Below, one piece after another: positions 1 through 9,615 of a stretch of DNA of 64,000 bases (the first letter of the stretch is position 1; every line of letters begins with the position of its first letter). The translations under genes and the position numbers were made by a program. The notes beneath the pieces were generated by a model. It worked only from the letters and a program-made list of their open reading frames with translations, did no database searches and was not told the origin of the DNA. Where the stretch lies: the NCBI GenBank assembly GCA_027623675.1, contig JAQBVF010000003.1, forward strand, positions 32,001-96,000. The letters run 5' to 3'. This DNA comes from Chloroflexota bacterium (GTDB taxonomy: Bacteria > Chloroflexota > Dehalococcoidia > Lucifugimonadales > UBA3495).

Positions 1-497
1 CGCGTGCAGGCCGGTCAAACGGGGACCAGCAATACCGTATCGACGTTGTCCTGTTTGAGCAGGGTGGCGATCCGGCGCGCCGACGGCTCCATGCGCCTTG
101 GGTCTGCCGCGCCCATGAAGGAGTAATGGAAGTCTGCCATGCTGCCGACGACGCCCGCCTGAGCGAGTTCGCGGAGCCGGTCCAACGGGAACGCCACATT
201 CCAGTCCTGCTGGAACCCGGTGCGGTCGAAGTTGGTTGAGATGTGGCTCATGACCAGATCTTCGGCGGCGATGTCGCCGGGTATCACTCGGTAGTCGGCG
301 GGCCACTCCTGGGAGGTGGCGGACTGGATGGTGAAGGGGCTATCGTCCCGCCGGTGCAGGCCCGCCGTGGTGATGATGGCCACGCGGCGTTCACTGAGGG
401 GCGGCCCCGAAACCCAAGGCTGGGTCTCGAATACTGGGCAGTCCATCCGGCGGAGAGAGGCCGCCTCGGCCTCGTCCAAAGCTTCAAGTCGGACCAT
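1..497 (-). CDS. Glycine/sarcosine/betaine/D-proline reductase selenoprotein B (GrdB/PrdB)-like protein; in-frame TGA (Sec) at 15-17; runs off the left edge
   Basis: ATG at 497 with GGAGGG upstream. Motifs VAIITTAG, D-x-N-V-x-FPLDRL and HYSFMG. The frame reads LVPV-TGA-PACTR, giving UxxC. Confidence 0.8.
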
Positions 498-796
498 GTA
501 AAACCCTCCCGAGACTCCGCCGAATGGTGATGGTTTGGGCGCTTGCTGCCAACCCATGTGGCCAGATATGACTGCACCCCAACCCGGTATGCTGTCTCGC
601 AGTATATATGAACCGGGCGAGGCACTCCAAACCCCATCCGGGCATGTTCCAGTGTGGGCACTGCTACGGTCGCAACTCGGGTCTCGAAGCACTAGCCAAA
701 ACGCCCGATGTATCACATGCGAGGTTGTTTATCAGTCCAAAAATAGCTACCATCTGCTCGCAAGAGGCGAGCAAGTAACCGAAAGGATGAATCCAC

Positions 797-1558
797 ATGC
801 CTGAGATAGAAGTTCTTTTACCTGGTTTCAGCGTCAACACTGATCAGGGAACCCTGGGTCTTTGCACCGTGACACTGGTGCGCGGAGAAAAACTGACAGT
901 GGTGGATGTAGGACACTTTGGGCGGCGGACCATGTTGGTTGAGACTCTGCGGAGCCATGGCATCTCGCCGGAAGACATCGGAAGGGTGATTCTGACCCAT
1001 GCCCATTGGGACCATTCCCAGAACACCGACCTATTCCCGAACGCCGAGATCGTGATCTCCAAACAGGAATTGGAGTACAGCCGGAACCCCAGGGCCAATG
1101 ATTACGCGACGGCTAAATACTTCGCCGATACATTGTCGCCCCACACCGTGATCGAAGTCTCCGGAGAAACCGAACTGGAGAAAGGGGTGGGGACGTTCGA
1201 TACACCCGGTCATACCGCCGGACACCAAAGTGTTCTCGTAGAGACTTCGAGCGGCCTGGTCTGCCTTGGCGGTGATGCGATATCAGACGCGGGCGCCCTG
1301 GGCCGCGGCCTGCCTGCCTTCGTTTTTTGGAGCGTCGAGCAAGCCCAAGCGAGCCTAAGAAAGATCTCCCAAGCCGCGGACGTGATTTACCCGGGTCACG
1401 ACCGGCCCTTCCGGATCGACGGCGACAAGGTCGAATACCTGACGGAAGCTCCAACCATCAAGATCAGCGGGTTCCTGGACAGCAGCCGAGACCTGGTTTC
1501 GGTGGAGCTAGGATTGCCGCCGAGGTTCCAGCCCAGGATCAACCCGGACGCCGTTTAG
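797..1558 (+). CDS. MBL-fold metallo-hydrolase
   Basis: THAHWDH (HxHxDH), TPGHTAGH, GDA and YPGH motifs. Confidence 0.9.
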   Translation: MPEIEVLLPGFSVNTDQGTLGLCTVTLVRGEKLTVVDVGHFGRRTMLVETLRSHGISPEDIGRVILTHAHWDHSQNTDLFPNAEIVISKQELEYSRNPRANDYATAKYFADTLSPHTVIEVSGETELEKGVGTFDTPGHTAGHQSVLVETSSGLVCLGGDAISDAGALGRGLPAFVFWSVEQAQASLRKISQAADVIYPGHDRPFRIDGDKVEYLTEAPTIKISGFLDSSRDLVSVELGLPPRFQPRINPDAV

Positions 1559-1711
1559 GTCGTACCGAATGCGCCTGACGAGACCCCATGCAGGCCTCTA
1601 CTGTAACGATGCTGGGCCGCTGATTGCGGCTTGAACATCTGTTTGACCGGCGGGGCGGATCGCTCAGCCAGCCACATGCCGATGGGCTGCGAGGGTGCGA
1701 GCTTGGAACCG

Positions 1712-2311
1712 TTACCCGCCCAACTCGGCGATCAAACTGGCCACCGTTGGCCGGTCCACCGGCGTCTGGCCGCGGTGTTCGAAGATGACGATCCCATCCT
1801 CATCCAAGATGAAATCCCCGCCAAGTTGCCGCCAGTCGCTGGCCGCATGCTGGTACCTACGCCCTCTGGCGAAATGCTTCACGTAGGTCCAGATTGTCTT
1901 TAGCGAGAAGACCTTTGCCCAGGCGCCTTGTGACAGGCCGTAGGCTAGGTAAACGTCCCTTTCGGGGTCGGACAGAATGGGATAGGGCAACTGGAGCTGC
2001 CGGGTGAGCTGGAAAAGCCGGTCCCTCGGCTCAAAGGAGATGGCCACCACCTCGGCGCCTTTGGATTGAATCTCGCCGTGCCGTTGCCGCAACTGCGACA
2101 GATGCTCTCTTCAGGGCACTCAAGCGAAATGCCTCAGAAATACCAGCAGCGCCTTGCGGCCTCGCAATTCCTGGAGGGATAGATACTTGCCCTCAGGCAT
2201 GGCCAGGGTGAAATCAGGCGCGGCGAGGCCCAGCAACGCCGGTTTGAGGGCATCCGGGTTGCGGCTCATACGCCGCTCATAATTAAGAGCATCTTTTTCA
2301 TGTCGAGGCAC
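1712..2311 (-). CDS. SelL-like / AhpC-TSA thioredoxin-fold selenoprotein with UxxU (two in-frame TGA, at 2120-2122 and 2111-2113); start may be ATG 2269
   Basis: ORFs 2120-2311 and 1712-2092 share one frame and read APDFTL...LVFLRHFA-TGA-VP-TGA-REHLSQLRQ...LSDPER...QLGGDFILD. Confidence 0.85.
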
Positions 2312-2472
2312 CCCTGGTTAGCTTCTTCCGTATGGGCGACATCACGGGGGCGCCCGGTGGGCATGCCCACCAGGGAGACCCCTGGGCATCTAAGGAAATT
2401 GCGGTCTCCACCCACGATGCTATACTCGTCTTCGATGCCCAAACTGCAACTTCTGATTCTACACATTGCACC

Positions 2473-3312
2473 GTGTTAATAGACTCTCACTGCCATATCC
2501 TCCCACCGTCTTTCGTTGACCGGCGGGCCGAGATCGCCAGCCGCGACGCCACCTTTGCGGCGCTCCTGGCCACTCCCGGCGCCCGCATCGCCTCGGCGTC
2601 CGGCCTGCTTGCAGCCATGGACCGGGACGGCGTGGACCGCGCGGTGGTCATGGGGATGGGGTGGACCGACCCTGACATCGCCGCCGAGGCCAACGACTAC
2701 ATCATCCAGGCCGTGCAGGAGAATCCCGACCGTCTCTCCGGATTCTGCTCGGTGAACCCAGCTTGGGGCGGACCGTCCGTGGCTGAGGCCGGACGATGTC
2801 TCGCCGCTGGGCTTGTTGGCATCGGCGAACTCCACGCCGACACCCAGGGGTTTGACATCACCGACGCCGAGGTTATGGCCCCGCTGATGGACTTCGCCGG
2901 TTCCTACTCTCTGCCTGTATTGGTGCACGCCTCGGAGCCGGCCGGCCACCAATACCCGGGCAAGGGCGCGACCACGCCGGACAGGATATACCGGTTCATC
3001 CAGAATTTTCCGGACAACGTCATCATCTGCGCTCACTGGGGCGGCGGTCTGCCTTTCTACTCGCTGATGCCAGAGGTCCCGGAGGTCCTGAAGAACGTCT
3101 ACTTCGATTCCGCGGCATCGCCGTTCCTATACCGTCCCGAGGTTTTCGCCACGGTGGCCCGGTTGGCCGGGGCGGGAAAGGTGCTTTTCGCCAGCGATTT
3201 CCCATTGATGGAGATATCCAGGCCGCTGGAGCAGGCCCGAAACGCCGGGCTTACGCCTGAAACCGAAGCGGCCCTGCTTTCGGGCAACGCGGCCAGGCTC
3301 CTGGGCTTATGA
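2473..3312 (+). CDS. Amidohydrolase family 2 protein
   Basis: IDSHCH, GIGELH, LVH, AHWGGG and FASDFP motifs. GTG start at 2473 inferred. Confidence 0.85.
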   Translation: MLIDSHCHILPPSFVDRRAEIASRDATFAALLATPGARIASASGLLAAMDRDGVDRAVVMGMGWTDPDIAAEANDYIIQAVQENPDRLSGFCSVNPAWGGPSVAEAGRCLAAGLVGIGELHADTQGFDITDAEVMAPLMDFAGSYSLPVLVHASEPAGHQYPGKGATTPDRIYRFIQNFPDNVIICAHWGGGLPFYSLMPEVPEVLKNVYFDSAASPFLYRPEVFATVARLAGAGKVLFASDFPLMEISRPLEQARNAGLTPETEAALLSGNAARLLGL

Positions 3313-3860
3313 CGTCGAGCAACCGGCTTCCCGACGGGACCATCACCCTGCCGGACCACCTGCGGGAAGGCCTGGACCTGCTGTTCGTGGGCTTGAATCC
3401 CTCCCAATACTCGGCCGAGGTTGGCCATTACTTCGCCAACCCCCGAAACCGGTTCTGGGCGGCGTTCAACCTGTCGGGATTGGTGGACCGGAAATTGGAC
3501 GCGGCGAACGACGCGACTCTGCTGGCCGACGGCATCGGCTTCACCGACGTTGCCAAGCGCCCGACAGCCATGGGCTCGGGACTGCGGGCGGCCGATTTTC
3601 GCCGGTGGGCGCCCGTTCTTAGGGAAAAGATATTGAAGTTCGCCCCAAAGTTGGTCTGCTTCCACGGCATGATGGCCTACAAAGCCTATCTTCAGCATGG
3701 GGAGGGCGCTAAAGAGGACCCCCAACTTGGCCTGCAAGAGCGCTCCATCGGCGTATCCAAAGTCTTCGTAGTGCCCAATCCCTCCCCGGCCAACGCCAAG
3801 TACTCGTTGGACGACCTTGCGGCGTGGTACGGGCGGCTCAGGGAGGCCAGCAGACAGTGA
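3309..3860 (+). CDS. mug: Mismatch-specific uracil/thymine DNA glycosylase (Mug/TDG family)
   Basis: FVGLNP, GHYFANPRNRFW and VPNPSPAN motifs. ATGA overlap with the upstream gene. Confidence 0.9.
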   Translation: MTSSNRLPDGTITLPDHLREGLDLLFVGLNPSQYSAEVGHYFANPRNRFWAAFNLSGLVDRKLDAANDATLLADGIGFTDVAKRPTAMGSGLRAADFRRWAPVLREKILKFAPKLVCFHGMMAYKAYLQHGEGAKEDPQLGLQERSIGVSKVFVVPNPSPANAKYSLDDLAAWYGRLREASRQ

Positions 3861-4453
3861 CGACGCCATCTGGAAAAGTCCGCTCGTTCATCGCCATCCC
3901 GGCGCCCGGCGAATGGACTCTGGCCCTGGAAGAGACGGTTAAAAGACTGGATGCGAAGATCGGCAAAGACGTGCGCTGGGTGCGGCCCGAGGGCATCCAT
4001 CTGACCCTCAAGTTCATGGGCGATATCCAAGCCGAGACGGTGGAGCGGGTCCTGGCGGTCCTGCCGGAGGTCACCGCCCGGTTCTCGCCGTTCACGTTGT
4101 TCACCGCCGGGATGGGCGTGTTCCCCAACCCTCGGCGTCCCCGCGTGCTCTGGGCGGGGGTGGGCGGCGATCTGGAGACTCTTTCAGTCCTTCAAGCGGC
4201 AGTTGATGAAGCGGTGGGGCGGCTTGGGTTGCCGAAAGAGCAGCGGGCATTCTCCCCCCACCTAACCCTGGGCCGGGTCCGGCGGGACGTTCCCGACGGA
4301 CGGCTGGCCGATATCGGGCGGCTCGTGGCTGGCGGAGAACTCCCCGGTCTGCCGCCCTGGACCGCCGACACCGTCAACCTGATGCGCACCGAACTCGACC
4401 CGGCCGGCTCCCGCCATTACCTGGTGGGGTCGGCATTGATCGGCGGCGGGTGA
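3857..4453 (+). CDS. thpR: RNA 2',3'-cyclic phosphodiesterase (2H family)
   Basis: RSFIAI, HLTLKF, PRVLW and PHLTLGR (two HxT motifs). GTGA overlap. Confidence 0.9.
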   Translation: MTTPSGKVRSFIAIPAPGEWTLALEETVKRLDAKIGKDVRWVRPEGIHLTLKFMGDIQAETVERVLAVLPEVTARFSPFTLFTAGMGVFPNPRRPRVLWAGVGGDLETLSVLQAAVDEAVGRLGLPKEQRAFSPHLTLGRVRRDVPDGRLADIGRLVAGGELPGLPPWTADTVNLMRTELDPAGSRHYLVGSALIGGG

Positions 4454-5376
4454 TGGCGATGGACCGTTTGACCGCCACCATCAAGCCCGTTCCGCCCTTC
4501 AACTTCGAGCTGACGGCGGGCTACCACACCTACTTCCAGAGCCGCTACGGCACCGATACCATGGAAGACGGCGTCTACCGCAGGCTGCTGGACCTGGGCG
4601 ACAAACTGGTCCTGGCCTCCGTGCGCTCTACGGGAACCACCGATGCGCCGGAGCTTTCCCTGGAATTGCAGGGGCAGACATTGGGTCCCGCAGACGTGGA
4701 ATCGGCCAAGGGCCGGGTGTCATGGCTCCTGGGGGTTGACCAGGACCTGGCCCCGTTCTACCAGTTGGGCCGGGCGGACCGGGCGATGAGCGGTCTGGTT
4801 GACGAGTTCTACGGCCTGCATCTACCCCATACAGCCTCAGTGTTTGAGGCGTTGGTCCTGGCGGTGTTGGGGCAGCAGATATCCACCAGCGTGGCCCGGA
4901 TCATCCGCACGCTGCTCATCGAGACTTTCGGACCCAATGCCGAGTTCGATGGCGAGACCTACTACGCCTTCCCCCGGCCCGCGTCCATCTACGCATCGTC
5001 GCCGGCCGAGCTCCATACCATGAAGCTGACCCAGCGGAAGTCGGAGTATGTTCACGGTCTGGCCGGCGCTGCGCTGGATGCCGATGTGGGATTGGAGGAC
5101 CTGGGCGGGTTGTCGGATGCCCAGATTGTCGACAAGCTGGTTGCCCTTCGCGGCGTGGGTATCTGGACCGCCCAATGGGTGCTGATCCGCGCGGCCGGCC
5201 GTCCCGATGCCCTGCCTCTGGGCGACCTGGCCCTGCGGCGGGTGGTGTCCCGTCTGTTTACCGGCGGCGCTGACGTGAACGACGCTCAGGTGGAGGACAT
5301 CGCCCAGCGCTGGTCACCCTACCGCACCTATGCCACCGTCTACCTGTTCAGCGCTCTGAGAACCGGCGCCGGGTAA
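4450..5376 (+). CDS. alkA: DNA-3-methyladenine glycosylase II (AlkA family, HhH-GPD)
   Basis: LGQQIS, LRGVGIWTA, PLGDLALRR and WSPYR motifs. Confidence 0.85.
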   Translation: MMAMDRLTATIKPVPPFNFELTAGYHTYFQSRYGTDTMEDGVYRRLLDLGDKLVLASVRSTGTTDAPELSLELQGQTLGPADVESAKGRVSWLLGVDQDLAPFYQLGRADRAMSGLVDEFYGLHLPHTASVFEALVLAVLGQQISTSVARIIRTLLIETFGPNAEFDGETYYAFPRPASIYASSPAELHTMKLTQRKSEYVHGLAGAALDADVGLEDLGGLSDAQIVDKLVALRGVGIWTAQWVLIRAAGRPDALPLGDLALRRVVSRLFTGGADVNDAQVEDIAQRWSPYRTYATVYLFSALRTGAG

Positions 5377-5395
5377 CCAGATTTAGGAGTGCCGC

Positions 5396-6388
5396 ATGCC
5401 ATTTCTAGGACTGAGGTTGGGGAACGAGCCGGAGTTGAGCGCGGCTGATAACCAGTCGCTGGCGGCGCTGGCCGAGGAGCTGGGTTACGGCGAAGTTTGG
5501 ATGACTGAAGGCTCCGGCCGAGATTCCCTGACCCAACTCACCGCCATGGCAACCGCCACCAAGCAGATCGGACTGGCCACAGGCATACTGCCCATGTTCT
5601 CCCGGACTCCGTTGATCACGGCCATGTCGGCGGCCGGACTGGCGGCGGTATCGGGAGACCGGTTCATCCTGGGACTGGGCGTGGGCAATCCGCCGGCGGT
5701 TGAGGAAGGACACGGGGTCCCCTACAAGCAGCCCCTGGAACACCTTCGAGACATGGTGCGGATAATCCGTGGCCTGCTGCAGGGCGAGGAAGTCACCCAT
5801 GATGGCAAAGCGATCAAAGTGATGGGAGCATCCCTGGGGGTGGCCGCGCCCAAGAGCAAACTTCCCATCTATGTCGCCGCCCTGCGGCCCCGTATGCTGC
5901 AACTGGCCGGCGAGGTGGCCGATGGCGTGCTGCTAAGTTGGACCGCTGCCAGCTATCTGGAGCAGGCTATCGGCATCGTCAGGGACGCCGCGGCCAAGGC
6001 TGGACGCGACCCCGATGACGTCGCAATCTCGGGGTACGTGCGCATCGCGGTGACCGACGACCTGGCGGCGGGACAGGCCAGCCTGCAGCGTCAGATCGCG
6101 GGGTACGCCAGCGGCGCCCATTACCGGGCTTTCTTCGAGAACTCGGGGTTCAGCCAAGAGATGGGCGGCGTGATACCGGCCAAGCGGCATGAGGCTGACC
6201 CAACCAGCGCGGCGGCGATCAGCCAACGGATGCAGCATGAATTGGGCGTGGTCGGGACTGCCGAGGCCTGCAATGCACGTTTGGACGAGCTGCGTCAGAT
6301 GGGGTTGACCAAACCCGTGATCGCTCCCGTGCCCGTGGGAGACCTCAAAACTTCCTACGAACGGACCGTTCGCGCTCTGGCTCCCTAG
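5396..6388 (+). CDS. LLM-class flavin/F420-dependent oxidoreductase
   Basis: AEELGY..W..E, RFILGLGVG, PIYVAAL and LAGEVADG motifs. Confidence 0.85.
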   Translation: MPFLGLRLGNEPELSAADNQSLAALAEELGYGEVWMTEGSGRDSLTQLTAMATATKQIGLATGILPMFSRTPLITAMSAAGLAAVSGDRFILGLGVGNPPAVEEGHGVPYKQPLEHLRDMVRIIRGLLQGEEVTHDGKAIKVMGASLGVAAPKSKLPIYVAALRPRMLQLAGEVADGVLLSWTAASYLEQAIGIVRDAAAKAGRDPDDVAISGYVRIAVTDDLAAGQASLQRQIAGYASGAHYRAFFENSGFSQEMGGVIPAKRHEADPTSAAAISQRMQHELGVVGTAEACNARLDELRQMGLTKPVIAPVPVGDLKTSYERTVRALAP

Positions 6389-6428
6389 CGCCAACACCGT
6401 ATCTCCAATCAAACAAGATTGAGGAATC

Positions 6429-7913
6429 ATGCCCTCTGTATTGGTCTTTGTTTTTGACGGACTCCAACCAGCCCAGGTCGTGCCGCGGCTCATGCCCAAT
6501 CTGGCGGCATTCAGTGCCGGCGGCGTGAAGTTTGCCAACCACCATTCGGTCTTTCCCACGGTGACCAGGGTGAACGTATCCAGCTTGGTCACCGGCCGGA
6601 ATCCGGGAGGACATGGGCTGGCGGGCAACCGGCTGGTGATCAGGGAATTCGACTCCAGCCGCGCCATACCGGCCATGGAGCCGGAGTTGGAGCAGGTTGC
6701 TAGATCAGGTATCCCGGTCCAACTGGCGCCCACCATCTCTGAGATCCTCGCACAGCACGGGCTGGAATATGTGGCCATCGGCGTCGGCACCAGCGGTAAC
6801 GCTTACCTGCAGAACCCCAAGGCGGACCAGCTGGGCGGCGATTTTGGCGGCGGCTCCGGGGGCGCCACGATTCACCCGACATTCGCGCTGCCGAGAGACC
6901 TGCACGAGTCGCTGATCGACCGGTTTGGCCGATGGCCGGAGCAGTCGCTGCCCAACACAACCAGGCTGGCCCACGCCATACGCATCTTGACCGAGTACGT
7001 TATCCCCGAGCGCGGTCCCGCAGTCACCATGATCTGGTCGTCGGAGCCGGACAAATCGCAGCACGATTCGGGGGTCGGCTCCAGCCTCTCCGATGCGGCG
7101 GTCAAAGAGGCTGACGGGCAGTTGGGCGGCCTGCTGCAATGGCTGCGGGAAACCGGACGCGCCGATGACACGGACATCATCGTGGCTTCAGACCACGGTT
7201 ATTCGACCATTGCAGGCACGGTGGATGTTGAGTCGCTGCTGCGCGAAGCCGGCTTTGCTGACGGCGGCGAGCCGGGAGGTGTGGTTGTCGCCCAGAACGG
7301 CGGCGCGGCTCTCTTTTATACCCAGCCCGGCGACAGGAACACAGCCGAGCGGCTGGCGGGTTGGCTCATGGCCCAACCCTGGTGCGGCACGGTCACGGCT
7401 TCAGATGCGGTCTTGGGGTCCGGTGGGATACCGGGCGCACTGCCCGCCTCTCTGGTGGGGAACGAAGGCCCGCGGGCGCCCGACCTGTCGATCTCTTTCC
7501 GCTGGGACTCAATGCCCAACGAGGCTGGCTACCAGGGTACGGTGTACTCGACCTCGGGTGAGGTGGGAACTGGCCAGCACGGGTCGATGAGCCGCCATGA
7601 GATTCATAACATTCTTTTTGCCAACGGTCCTAGTTTCAAGTCGGGGGCCGTCGTGGACACCCCAACCGGCAGCATCGATGTCGCGCCCACGATCTTGCGG
7701 ATATTGGGCGTCACCGACGGCCAGGATATGGACGGCCGGGTCTTGGAGGAGGCGCTGGCAGGCGGCCCAGACCCCAGCCAAGTGGGGTGGTACACGGAAC
7801 TGCATGCCGCCGAACGGGACCTGGGCGGCGAGACCTACCGCCAGCAGATCAAGGTGTCCCGAGTTGGCGGCGCCACTTACGTTGATGAGGGCAACCGCGT
7901 CGGCTCAGGCTAG
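6429..7913 (+). CDS. Alkaline phosphatase superfamily / nucleotide pyrophosphatase-phosphodiesterase
   Basis: FDG, FPTVT..N, PDKSQH, SDHG, QHG and DVAPTI motifs. Confidence 0.85.
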   Translation: MPSVLVFVFDGLQPAQVVPRLMPNLAAFSAGGVKFANHHSVFPTVTRVNVSSLVTGRNPGGHGLAGNRLVIREFDSSRAIPAMEPELEQVARSGIPVQLAPTISEILAQHGLEYVAIGVGTSGNAYLQNPKADQLGGDFGGGSGGATIHPTFALPRDLHESLIDRFGRWPEQSLPNTTRLAHAIRILTEYVIPERGPAVTMIWSSEPDKSQHDSGVGSSLSDAAVKEADGQLGGLLQWLRETGRADDTDIIVASDHGYSTIAGTVDVESLLREAGFADGGEPGGVVVAQNGGAALFYTQPGDRNTAERLAGWLMAQPWCGTVTASDAVLGSGGIPGALPASLVGNEGPRAPDLSISFRWDSMPNEAGYQGTVYSTSGEVGTGQHGSMSRHEIHNILFANGPSFKSGAVVDTPTGSIDVAPTILRILGVTDGQDMDGRVLEEALAGGPDPSQVGWYTELHAAERDLGGETYRQQIKVSRVGGATYVDEGNRVGSG

Positions 7914-8410
7914 GCGTTTGTTCCGGGCCTGCCTGGGGTTGCCCGGTCTAGTGCGCGACCGCCGGCTCACCTCGCACCCGCGCCCCTCGGCAAGCGTAAG
8001 GAACGTTCAACGGGCCGGCTCGCCGTTATGCCGGCTGGGCAACCCCTATCGATGCTCCGTTGATTCTGAGGCGGACCAGCGATCTCAACCCGGACCGTGG
8101 ATCAACCTGCCGCCACGATATTGGGCGGCAGCGAGCCGGGATCTGGGTAGTGTTCGCTTGTTTTGAATAAATTCGACCCGGCCACCATCGGTTCTTTAGA
8201 TCGATAATTGGGCCGCGTTGAATACTGCCTTGCGGATTAACGGTTTCTATGTTGGCAGGAAGACCCGCCGGAATCGTGCCTGATGATGGCTCAGTCACCA
8301 CAAATGGCTAGCCATTTTATGCCCCCTCTAATCACTCGAAAAGGTGGTTCAATTGGTCGGGGTAAGGTGCATGATAGATAAGTTATAAGTCGGGAAATAA
8401 AAGGCATGCG

Positions 8411-8983
8411 ATGAAACTGCTCAAACAGATACTGAAGGGGCAACGAGGCTTCACATTGGTGGAGATGGTCGTGGTCGTCGCCATCATGGGCGTGATGGCC
8501 GCGGTTGCGGTGCCCGTGGTGACGAGTAACCTTAACAAGTCCAAGGAACGGGCCTACGCCCAGGACTTGGCCATGATCCAAACGGCGGTGGACAGCTTTT
8601 ACACCAGCGGCGACAACCCCCGGCACTTGGGCTTGCGCCAGTATCCGATCCTAGCCGCCGGGGCCGACGGCACCACCAAGATCTGGGACGGCGCTGCCAC
8701 CATCTTCGAACCTCTGGGCAACCCCCTGCTGGGGACCAAGGGCGGACAGCCCTACTGGACCGACGACGGCAACGGCACCCGGGACGCGGATGAAGAAGTG
8801 CTGTTCGGTGAGACCGTGTCTGAAGCGGGTACCGGCGAAGGCGGCTGGGCCGTGGCCAAGGTGGAGCTACAAGGCGTCTCCTACACTGTGGACACCCGCG
8901 GGTACTTCATCGACTTCAGCAAGCTGGTCTCAGCTGGTCTCAGCTGGTCTGCTGAGATCGGCCCCCGACTCGGCTTCAGTTGA
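8411..8983 (+). CDS. Type IV pilin / T2SS pseudopilin-like protein; as sequenced, frameshifted near 8931-8950 (native C-terminus continues in another frame to 9164)
   Basis: Class III signal KGQRG-FTLVEMVVVVAIMGVMAAVAVP. An extra 10-bp repeat unit shifts the frame. Confidence 0.8.
   Translation: MKLLKQILKGQRGFTLVEMVVVVAIMGVMAAVAVPVVTSNLNKSKERAYAQDLAMIQTAVDSFYTSGDNPRHLGLRQYPILAAGADGTTKIWDGAATIFEPLGNPLLGTKGGQPYWTDDGNGTRDADEEVLFGETVSEAGTGEGGWAVAKVELQGVSYTVDTRGYFIDFSKLVSAGLSWSAEIGPRLGFS
8921..8950 (+). repeat. 10-bp tandem repeat x3 inside the pilin gene
   Basis: aagctggtct-cagctggtct-cagctggtct. Confidence 0.9.
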
Positions 8984-9222
8984 CAACGGCATAGCAGCCG
9001 ATAGCGCCGGTAACTACAGCTGGTTCATCGACGCCAACGGGTCCGTGAACTCGCTCCTGGCTCCATTCCCGTACAACGGACTGGACTTCGCCGGGTCCCC
9101 CATCGTGGTGGGTGGCGTAACCGCCAGCGACCTCCGGGGATTCCAGGCAGGTATCTACCCCTAGGCCTAAATCAGCCTAACAACCTTTGGTGGGCCTCCT
9201 GCCACAAGGTGAACATGCCTCC

Positions 9223-9262
9223 AAGCAGAGCTCCCGGTGCGAACCGGGAGCTCTGCTTTTTT
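9223..9262 (+). terminator. Intrinsic terminator after the pilin gene
   Basis: aagcagagctcccggt-gcga-accgggagctctgctt followed by a T-run. Confidence 0.85.
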
Positions 9263-9615
9263 GCCACATCCGCCGCCTACCAGATCCCAGGCAACCCATC
9301 GCCACGCAGTCCAGATGCTCCTGCATATAACGCCGACCGACTTGGGCGGCCCGGCCCATCGCGGTCCTCACTCAACCGGCAGGCCAAGCGCGGCAGGCCA
9401 AGCGCAATCGACCTTTCCCCGACAAGACAAATTAAATCCGGGGTATTCGGTCTGGGGTAAAGGTTGTTGAGGTGGGCACATGCTTGGGCAGACACGTCGG
9501 AAAGTGTCGGACAACCCGGAATCGCAAGCGGGCGTCGTTGGGCGTAGAAAGGACCGGACCAGGGGAGTAAACCAGGCAACGGGTGTTCCAGTGGATGTGA
9601 ACGCGGCGGTGCCGC

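Noticed and set aside
498..716. N-terminal extension of the first ORF to 716
   Set aside because: No family-like sequence; the ATG at 497 has the RBS, and the region is more likely a divergent promoter.
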